Below, piece after piece: positions 28,455 to 35,413 of a DNA stretch of 64,000 bases (position 1 is the stretch's first letter; every line of letters begins with the position of its first letter). Made by a program: the position numbers and the translations under genes. This stretch comes from a virus, in IMG/VR virus record IMGVR_UViG_2914543266_000001, positions 6,559-70,558 of that record. One strand, 5' to 3'. The notes under the pieces are model-generated. The model was given only the letters and a program-made list of their open reading frames with translations, had not been told where the DNA came from and did no database searches.

Positions 28455-28457
28455 ACA

Positions 28458-28916
28458 ATGGGCCAAGCTAAACGCCGCAGACAGCACGATCGCACCTGGG
28501 GCACCCCGTTGCTTTACGAAGCCTATTTCTTCGGTGCCGACGTCGAGCAGGTGTGCTCGATCCAAGTGCAGGTGCCCCGCCGCCGCGCTGTCATCGACCA
28601 AGACACCGCCGCCGTGCAGATAGCCCAGTGCCTACATTGGTGCACTATGTACCGCGCGACGAGCGATGCACGGGACAGGGCGATCGCGCGGCTAGGATTC
28701 GATGCTGAGACCTGGGCGCAGTTTGTGGAACTGTGCGATCAGTCGTTGCCGGAGGTTGCGTGGTGCATGGAGTTGTGGCCCCCTACTGGTGACGCAGTTT
28801 ATGCGGGCTATGGTGGGACAGACCTCGATCGCGCGAAGGCATTGCGCGGGCACGAGGGGGAGTTGCATCGGACGGATGAGCGATCGGCTGGAGTAGGCGT
28901 GGGGATAGTGCGGTAA
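28458..28916 (+). CDS. Hypothetical protein
   Basis: MGQAKRRRQ N-terminus; coupled in the operon. Confidence 0.6.
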   Translation: MGQAKRRRQHDRTWGTPLLYEAYFFGADVEQVCSIQVQVPRRRAVIDQDTAAVQIAQCLHWCTMYRATSDARDRAIARLGFDAETWAQFVELCDQSLPEVAWCMELWPPTGDAVYAGYGGTDLDRAKALRGHEGELHRTDERSAGVGVGIVR

Positions 28917-28955
28917 TGGGCTTAAATGTAGTTTTTTTAGGCAGGTGAGTTAGTT

Positions 28956-29162
28956 ATGGATTCAGATACAGCACAGGCAGCGATTGTGTTGGGTTCGGTA
29001 GTAGTAGGCTCCTTAGCCTCGCAAGCCTTTGCCTACAGTCGCCATCGAGCAGAGCTGCGTAAGATGGATGAGCAGTTGGCAGCTATAGATGATAGGATAG
29101 CGAGCTCTATGAAACGGTTAAGAGAGAAGATGGAATCTGATAGGGCGAAACGTGAACGGTGA
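28956..29162 (+). CDS. Small membrane-anchored coiled-coil protein
   Basis: Hydrophobic N-terminus followed by heptad pattern. Confidence 0.55.
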   Translation: MDSDTAQAAIVLGSVVVGSLASQAFAYSRHRAELRKMDEQLAAIDDRIASSMKRLREKMESDRAKRER

Positions 29163-29246
29163 CTATTGCAGGTAAAGCTATTTGGCTTGGGGTTGGTAAT
29201 GAATAACCCACAGCTACAATAGACTCAGCCCGATCGCACCCTTGCC

Positions 29247-29798
29247 ATGCCTCCCTGTGACATCAGCCGCCGCACCCGCAAGCGCATCTTGATCGCGGCA
29301 CCCCAGACATTGAAAACTACCTACGACGCTCCCGCCGATGCCTTTGATGGCACTGTGACGATCGGGGGCGTTGTTTATGATCTGCTGCGGGTGTTTCCTA
29401 CCCCTGACGGCTATAAGCGACGAGAGCGCAACCGGGAAAACAAGGGGCTACGGTTCAACTACGATCGCGCCACATTCACGCCTTACACCCCTGGCAAGGA
29501 CGTGGACATAGAGATCACAGCGATAGTCAACGCGGCCACAGTGCGGGTATTGCAGGCGGTGTATGAGCTGCACGCGACCTCGGGCATGAGTGGTGGCGCT
29601 GCGTCCCTGGTGACGCTGTACGATTATTGCAGGCCAGACTTAGCGGACTGGGCCACGGCGATCGCGGGCAATACCGAGCCCGTAACAGTGCGGCATGGTG
29701 CGATCGAGCTAGGGGAGATGGGCGCGGTGGTGGGTCGTGCGATCGGGCCGTGGTCGGAGCAGGGGCCGGTGACGATAACGTTTAGGCAGGTGAGTTAG
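29247..29798 (+). CDS. Probable distal tail protein
   Basis: Precedes the large tail protein; beta-rich. Confidence 0.5.
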   Translation: MPPCDISRRTRKRILIAAPQTLKTTYDAPADAFDGTVTIGGVVYDLLRVFPTPDGYKRRERNRENKGLRFNYDRATFTPYTPGKDVDIEITAIVNAATVRVLQAVYELHATSGMSGGAASLVTLYDYCRPDLADWATAIAGNTEPVTVRHGAIELGEMGAVVGRAIGPWSEQGPVTITFRQVS

Positions 29799-29800
29799 CC

Positions 29801-30070
29801 GTGCAGTTTCACCAGCTATCGGCCAAAGACCAAAAACGATACCGTAAGAAGTTTGAAGAGAGCACCGTTAGGGCGATGCAGCGGTATGAAGTCGCACCCC
29901 GATGGCTCAAGCAAATTAACCCATTGCAGGCTGCGATCGTTGACGGTGACTTTGATCGGTATGCCGAGTTGCTAGACAGCGTTGACGATGACGCTTTGCA
30001 GCAAGAGATCATTGCCCCGGGAACAAGCCAGGAAGTTAAACCTGAAGATCTCGACTATCAAACGTATTAA
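29801..30070 (+). CDS. Hypothetical protein
   Basis: 89 aa between tail genes. Confidence 0.45.
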   Translation: MQFHQLSAKDQKRYRKKFEESTVRAMQRYEVAPRWLKQINPLQAAIVDGDFDRYAELLDSVDDDALQQEIIAPGTSQEVKPEDLDYQTY

Positions 30071-30075
30071 CCCCA

Positions 30076-32808
30076 ATGCCCTGGACTCTCGCCAACCCTT
30101 ATCTCCCCACCATTGCCACCCCCACCACATCACCAGGGGGCTTGCTCAGCACGATCGCAGGCGGAACCAACGGCGGCGGGCCCCTCGCTACCGTAGACTA
30201 CGCCCCACCGATCGCGCAGCAACACCCCACGACGATCGCCACGACGGGCACGATCGCGGGCAGCACCTACACCGTGACGACCGATGCCGTGGCGGTCTTT
30301 GCGGTGGGCAGCAGTGGGGGCGCGGTGTGGCGTCCGGCGGTAGATGTCGAGGCACCAGAGCCGGGTGAGTTTGTTTTCAACCCTTACACAGGCGCGATCG
30401 AGTTGACCCTGGGCGAGGGGTTTGAGCTAGTGCCGGGGCAGGCGGTGAGCGTGATCGCGGCGGCATCGGTGCTGACCACTGACCTGGTGCAGGTGGTGCC
30501 GCCTTTTGCCAGGCAGGTGCAGCTGCGGGCTCTGTCGTGGGGTGTGTCGGTGGAGGAACACCCCGGCGGATCGCTCGAGATTCAGGCCAACGATGTCACA
30601 CTTCCCGCCGTCAAGTCACTATTGAGTAAGGGCACTGAGTTTTCACTCTACGGCATCGGCTTCAGATGCGGGCAGATGCGGATCGCTACAGCATCGCGCC
30701 GTGACTTTCCTGTGGGTCTGCACGTTGTTAGCATTGGCCTTGAAGGCAAGTGGCAGAATTACGTCGAAGAACCTTACCCCTGGCGCAAGCTGGGGCAGTT
30801 CAGCGCGGGCCAGGCAGACGCAGCCGTGGGCGATGAAGTGGTCGCCGCCTCGGTTAGCCTCGTAGAAATCGCAGATGTGATCGGTGCGGTGTACCAGGGG
30901 CCTGCGGGTGTGGTGCCAGTGCCGGAGAATGCAGGGCCGGGTGAGTCTACAACTTTTGCCCAGGAGGTAGGCGATTTCACCCGCATTAATGCCTCAGTTA
31001 TTGACTACAGCAGTGCCGATGCGATCAGAATGAAGCCGATCGCAGGTGGCCGTGTCTGGGACTATCGAGGCGCGGCGCTGATTGGCGACACCCTGGTTCA
31101 GGACGTGGGGGCCGTGTCGACGCCTTCGCAGTTCATGCCTAGCGAGTCGTTGCTGATGCCTGAGCCAGTGCCGGGACTGCCGTCGTTGCCCGGTGCGATC
31201 GCGCCTTACACCCTGCGCGAGGAATCGGGCAGCGGAGTAATAATTGAGTGGGAAAATGTGCAGCTCACTGGCGAGTTCAGCGAGGTGGCTGAGGCAGACG
31301 AAAGCGAGGGCACACTAGCCGATGGCGACGGGCGATCGCGCTGGGTCAAGAATCGCCGCGAGGTGACCGTGCTGGGCGAGGGTGATCCTGACCCGACGTT
31401 GCCGCCTGCGGGCGCGATCGCGGTGAGGGATGTGTCGTTGAACTTCGATCAGAGCGGCCCTACCAAGACGCTCACCCGCACGCGCAAGGAAGATGGCTTC
31501 ATCGTGCTGGTCGAGCAATGGCGCTACGGCTATGCGTTCACGGCTGCGCAGGCCACGAACGATGACGGCGAGTTGCGGGGTGTGCCGTCGGCGTGGTGGA
31601 AGGTTGTGGAATATACCCGCAAGGAACGTGCGATCGATCGGGCAAACACGGGCTACGCCTACGGCTGGAACACCACAGGCTGGCGGCTGGGGCGCTTCAA
31701 GCAAGAGACAGCGACGAATCCCGAAACACTGGGCCTGGGCTCGGGCGATCCTGAGTTGAAGCTGTACCAATTTCAGCAGGTGCCGATCGCTGAACGAGAG
31801 CGAGAACTGCTGCGCCAGCACCGTGACTACTACGACAACATCGACGTGCGCGATCAGCAGGGCGAGGTCGTGCAGTACACCCTGCCCGATGGCACCCAGG
31901 CCAGCACTTACCTGCGCAATCCAAACTATGCCGAGCCTATGTTCGTGGCCTCGCATAGCCGGGAGATGATCGCGTTCATCTCGACGCCTAACCCAGACAG
32001 TGCCGATGATGCACCGCTGCCACCGCTGATCAGTGGGCGCGAAGAATTCAGCCGCATGGCCAGGCAGTTGGAGCCAGGGCGAAAGCGTCGCATCAGGATT
32101 GGTGGGGCCGAGCAACCGGGCGATCGCACCCCTGATCGCTACACCGATTATTCGTCTGGCTTTACGGCCCAAGATGGGCAGTACGACAATTCTCTGGAGA
32201 ATACGCAGTTTCAGGACTACGAGGGGCGACCTGGCGAGGCAGATCGCTTGCCACATGAGTACACGCAAGAGGCACCGCCAGAGGGCAACGAGGGTAGCAC
32301 AGCGGGCGATGATGAGGCAGCAGGGCAACGGCTCTACCTACTGAACTCAGGGGCACCGACGCAGACTCTAGGGCAGCAACTCAACTACCCACGGGCGGCG
32401 ACGCTGGAGCAGGGGCTAACGGCGGCACGGACAGACGCGACGCTGGAGAACTTGGAGCAGGGCACGTCAGAGCAGGTGACGATCGCCTGGAACGATGCGA
32501 TCAGGCCTGGCGACATGTTTATCTACGAGGATGCCGGGGAGGTGCGGCGGCGGTGGGTGCAGTCCTGCGAGTGGCAGCCCGAGTTCGATCGCGATGGGAT
32601 GCGGGGCGTGGTGGTGCTGAGTCTAGCGCGATGGGTCGATGCCGGGACGCTGCTGTCGTTTAGTGCGATCGATCTGCCTGCGTCGGGTGGCGGGGGCGGT
32701 GCAGATGGGGGCGGCGATCTGGTGGTGGGGAATCGGTTTGATCGGTTGACGACGCTGGGGGGTCTGTTGCCGTTGGCAGTGAAGAGTAGGACTAGGGGGA
32801 ATTATTAG
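30076..32808 (+). CDS. Large minor tail / baseplate-hub-like protein
   Basis: 910 aa; position; C-terminal IAWNDAIRPGD...WVQSCEW hub-like signature. Confidence 0.65.
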   Translation: MPWTLANPYLPTIATPTTSPGGLLSTIAGGTNGGGPLATVDYAPPIAQQHPTTIATTGTIAGSTYTVTTDAVAVFAVGSSGGAVWRPAVDVEAPEPGEFVFNPYTGAIELTLGEGFELVPGQAVSVIAAASVLTTDLVQVVPPFARQVQLRALSWGVSVEEHPGGSLEIQANDVTLPAVKSLLSKGTEFSLYGIGFRCGQMRIATASRRDFPVGLHVVSIGLEGKWQNYVEEPYPWRKLGQFSAGQADAAVGDEVVAASVSLVEIADVIGAVYQGPAGVVPVPENAGPGESTTFAQEVGDFTRINASVIDYSSADAIRMKPIAGGRVWDYRGAALIGDTLVQDVGAVSTPSQFMPSESLLMPEPVPGLPSLPGAIAPYTLREESGSGVIIEWENVQLTGEFSEVAEADESEGTLADGDGRSRWVKNRREVTVLGEGDPDPTLPPAGAIAVRDVSLNFDQSGPTKTLTRTRKEDGFIVLVEQWRYGYAFTAAQATNDDGELRGVPSAWWKVVEYTRKERAIDRANTGYAYGWNTTGWRLGRFKQETATNPETLGLGSGDPELKLYQFQQVPIAERERELLRQHRDYYDNIDVRDQQGEVVQYTLPDGTQASTYLRNPNYAEPMFVASHSREMIAFISTPNPDSADDAPLPPLISGREEFSRMARQLEPGRKRRIRIGGAEQPGDRTPDRYTDYSSGFTAQDGQYDNSLENTQFQDYEGRPGEADRLPHEYTQEAPPEGNEGSTAGDDEAAGQRLYLLNSGAPTQTLGQQLNYPRAATLEQGLTAARTDATLENLEQGTSEQVTIAWNDAIRPGDMFIYEDAGEVRRRWVQSCEWQPEFDRDGMRGVVVLSLARWVDAGTLLSFSAIDLPASGGGGGADGGGDLVVGNRFDRLTTLGGLLPLAVKSRTRGNY

Positions 32809-33047
32809 TGAACTTTAAGAAAGGTACTTTCATGAATCAGCTCCAGATCAATACACAGGGCAGAAAATACAACAATCCAGGCGACAGCCGCCTATTGCTG
32901 TTCCGATGGGTGTCGTCTAAGTTTCTCTACGGTTCTGGATGGAAAATTTCGTTTTCGATTCATCCCCGCCTTTGTTATTGGAAAAGGGATTGGCGAGAAT
33001 TTCGCTTAACTTTGCTGGGACTGAACGTTCACTTTAGACGGCAGTAA
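32808..33047 (+). CDS. Small aromatic-rich hypothetical protein
   Basis: 79 aa, overlaps the upstream stop codon. Confidence 0.5.
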   Translation: MNFKKGTFMNQLQINTQGRKYNNPGDSRLLLFRWVSSKFLYGSGWKISFSIHPRLCYWKRDWREFRLTLLGLNVHFRRQ

Positions 33048-33067
33048 TTTACCTGATAGAGCAAATC

Positions 33068-33235
33068 ATGAGCACGATCGCAGAAACCGCCGCACAGCTC
33101 GCCGCATTGCTCAAGGCGCAGCAGCCCAAATTCAAGGCGACCGCCACGACACTGGAGATCACCCAGGGGCGCACGACTCAGGTGGTGAATCTGGAACAGC
33201 GAAGCACGGGCGGCAGAGGGGTTCAGGCGCGATAG
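33068..33235 (+). CDS. Small hypothetical protein (MSTIAETAAQLAALLKAQQ...)
   Basis: Read by eye, 55 aa. Confidence 0.45.
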   Translation: MSTIAETAAQLAALLKAQQPKFKATATTLEITQGRTTQVVNLEQRSTGGRGVQAR

Positions 33236-33265
33236 GGCAGTGTGTCGCGATCGTGCTGAGGTGAT

Positions 33266-33331
33266 GTGCCGGTGGGGTGTGCCAGATATTCCGCGATCGG
33301 TATTGACGTAACAGTCAGTAGGCGCTACATT
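33266..33331 (+). promoter_or_regulatory. Promoter P1: GTGCC(A/G)G direct repeats + TTGACG-17-TACATT
   Basis: Repeats at 33266 and 33279; -35 at 33303, -10 at 33326. Confidence 0.8.
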
Positions 33332-33337
33332 GATAAC

Positions 33338-33433
33338 AACCGGGCGGGATCCCCGGTATACAAATTCCGCCACCTCCGGCCAGTGACGCGAACTCAGGCA
33401 CGGAACCCCGGCTGCAATAGTGCCGGGGTTTTC
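33338..33433 (+). ncRNA. Candidate ~95-nt small RNA
   Basis: Lies between P1 and a strong terminator (AACCCCGGC..GCCGGGGTTTT, 33404-33432); 5' hairpin ACCGGG/CCCGGT; no ATG-initiated ORF. Confidence 0.5.
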
Positions 33434-33456
33434 TGTTTCTACCCTATGGTGACCCC

Positions 33457-33702
33457 ATGACAAACCCCGATGCGCCTCAATGCCCCGCCTGTGGGCATTC
33501 ACCTATGAATTCCGCTGGCAAGCGCTGGCGGTGCCGTGAGTGCGGCAAACAACTGGTCAAAAACCCAAAACCGAAGGGCGGCTATCGTCACGGCACCAGG
33601 GGCGGCACAGCAGAGAAAGAGCGGACTAGGGCAAGTCGTGCACGTACTGGCAAGACTGGGAATGAGGCCCGCGATCGCAAAAAGAACAAAAGCGCGGAAT
33701 AG
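33457..33702 (+). CDS. Zinc-ribbon protein with basic tail
   Basis: CPACGH...WRCRECGK followed by a K/R-rich C-terminus. Confidence 0.65.
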   Translation: MTNPDAPQCPACGHSPMNSAGKRWRCRECGKQLVKNPKPKGGYRHGTRGGTAEKERTRASRARTGKTGNEARDRKKNKSAE

Positions 33703-33703
33703 T

Positions 33704-33769
33704 GTGCCAGCATTATGTGCCAGATATTCCGCCCGCGATATTGACGTAACACTCAATCGGATATAAATT
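33704..33769 (+). promoter_or_regulatory. Promoter P2: GTGCCAG-N6-GTGCCAG + TTGACG-17-TAAATT
   Basis: Repeats at 33704 and 33717; -35 at 33741, -10 at 33764. Confidence 0.85.
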
Positions 33770-33891
33770 AAATACATGCCCGGCGGGGAGAAAACCGCAA
33801 GGGCAGTGGGGGAAGAGCCCACGACGGGGGCCACAGGGCACACCACCCCTAGGGAGGGGCAAAATAGCCCGCAGTTGTACTCACCACGGAG

Positions 33892-34095
33892 ATGACGACC
33901 ATGGATGCGATTTCTACCGCTTACCTGAACGCTGTTAACGCTGGCGACGAGGCAACCGCTACCGCACTGCTCAACCGGATGTTTAACGACTACGGCGACG
34001 CACTGGGGACAGCGGCCAACCGACTCGACGAGGCCGCCGCTGCCACTCTGGGGCTTTTCGAGGCTGCAAACGAGTTGGTCGCCGCGCACAGCTAG
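33892..34095 (+). CDS. Small acidic Ala-rich protein
   Basis: 67 aa, GGAG RBS, downstream of P2, followed by hairpin 34103-34122. Confidence 0.7.
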   Translation: MTTMDAISTAYLNAVNAGDEATATALLNRMFNDYGDALGTAANRLDEAAAATLGLFEAANELVAAHS

Positions 34096-34174
34096 CACCG
34101 ATGCCCCGGTTCACGCCGGGGCTAACACGGTATCCCGAACGAAATAAACATTACATTCCTTGAACAAAACAACT

Positions 34175-34240
34175 GTGCCAGCGTGGTGTGCCAGATATTT
34201 CGAGATCGGTATTGACGTAACACTCAATCGGATATAAATT
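34175..34240 (+). promoter_or_regulatory. Promoter P3: GTGCCAG-N6-GTGCCAG + TTGACG-17-TAAATT
   Basis: Repeats at 34175 and 34188; -35 at 34212, -10 at 34235. Confidence 0.85.
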
Positions 34241-34293
34241 GATTACATGCAGCACCCACTACACCGCTGCCCCACCCACCGAGGAATTCCACC

Positions 34294-34473
34294 ATGCAAC
34301 TATTCGACATTTTCCAAGGAGACGAAACGGCCCAGTACACGATCAACCTGATGCAGATCTCCGACATCGATCGCACCAACGACGACTCCTGGGAAGTGAC
34401 CACCGCCAGCGGCAAGGACTACACCCTCGAAGATGACGACCTCGCCCGCTTCAGAGCCGCCCTAGGCCTCTAA
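34294..34473 (+). CDS. Small acidic protein (MQLFDIFQGDETAQYTINLMQISDIDRTNDDSWEVTTASGKDYTLEDDDLARFRAALGL)
   Basis: Read by eye; 59 aa; GAGGA RBS at 34281; 13 D/E vs 4 K/R. Confidence 0.75.
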   Translation: MQLFDIFQGDETAQYTINLMQISDIDRTNDDSWEVTTASGKDYTLEDDDLARFRAALGL

Positions 34474-34558
34474 TTCCACGCCCTGGGCACGGCGCAAAAC
34501 TGCCCACACCGCCCACCACTTCACGGGCACTACAAACCACTATTCGGGAATTACGATC

Positions 34559-35008
34559 ATGTTCAACACCAACTGTTTTGCTCATGGCATTGCCCAATCT
34601 ATTGGCGACACCGCCATCGCCTACGCTTTAACTGCCGCCCGCTGGGGTGTGCTGGGGGCTGAGTGGTACTACGAGGCATTCTTTAGTGCAAATGCACAAC
34701 AGCGCTACCGACTCATCGGCGAAATTGTGGGGCATTGCCTCATTCTGGGGCTACTGGCCTGGCGCATGGCTCAGCAATGGGCCGACGATGAGGTGCAGGA
34801 GGCAATGATTGCCGACGATGTCATTGTCGAAATACCTTGCAGCTTCTACACCGACGGCGAAAAGTATTGGAGCTATGGAGAGGACTGTTATGTACAGTCG
34901 GTGGCTGTAACGGTTAGCCGCTCATTCCATTGGGAAGAAGATTGGGAATTGTTAGAAGCTGTTGAGGCAGGAGACAATCGCGTCAAAATAGCTGTACCAC
35001 CGTTTTAA
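34559..35008 (+). CDS. Hypothetical protein
   Basis: 149 aa; hydrophobic middle, acidic C-terminus. Confidence 0.6.
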   Translation: MFNTNCFAHGIAQSIGDTAIAYALTAARWGVLGAEWYYEAFFSANAQQRYRLIGEIVGHCLILGLLAWRMAQQWADDEVQEAMIADDVIVEIPCSFYTDGEKYWSYGEDCYVQSVAVTVSRSFHWEEDWELLEAVEAGDNRVKIAVPPF

Positions 35009-35010
35009 CC

Positions 35011-35169
35011 ATGACCCGCCGCAACGCTCTCACCCGCAAGATGCGCCCCGATCCCGCCGCGATCATGGCGACCGACCTAGCCCGCGATCGCCGTCGCATC
35101 CTGGCGCAACCCGTGCCGGATGTGGTGGCCTTGGGTGCGATCGAGGCTGTTATGGATGAAATATTCTGA
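35011..35169 (+). CDS. Small hypothetical protein (MTRRNALTRKMRPDP...)
   Basis: Read by eye, 52 aa, fills the gap between neighbours. Confidence 0.45.
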   Translation: MTRRNALTRKMRPDPAAIMATDLARDRRRILAQPVPDVVALGAIEAVMDEIF

Positions 35170-35171
35170 CA

Positions 35172-35360
35172 ATGAAATGGCCTAAAGGTAAATACAACGG
35201 TCGAAAAATAGCGGGCATCAGGTTTAAGCTGGCCATCAATGTTTTCAATTGGCAATGGATGCCCCATTACCGCGCAGGCGAAGCAGCATTGTCCTACGAT
35301 TGCTGGGTTTTCTTTCGCTGGCTGTGCTTCATGATTCACTTTGGCGCTGAATACGAATGA
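35172..35360 (+). CDS. Small aromatic-rich hypothetical protein
   Basis: MKWPKGKYNGRKIAG...; 62 aa. Confidence 0.55.
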   Translation: MKWPKGKYNGRKIAGIRFKLAINVFNWQWMPHYRAGEAALSYDCWVFFRWLCFMIHFGAEYE

Positions 35361-35413
35361 TGCTCAGCGTTCCGCGCGTACAATAGGGGCATTCCACCCA
35401 GCGCGATCGCCCC

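Noticed and set aside
31315-32328. Long antisense ORFs (also 23912-24583, 3061-3600, 44863-45507)
   Set aside because: Shadow frames of GC-rich genes on the opposite strand, with no recognisable motifs
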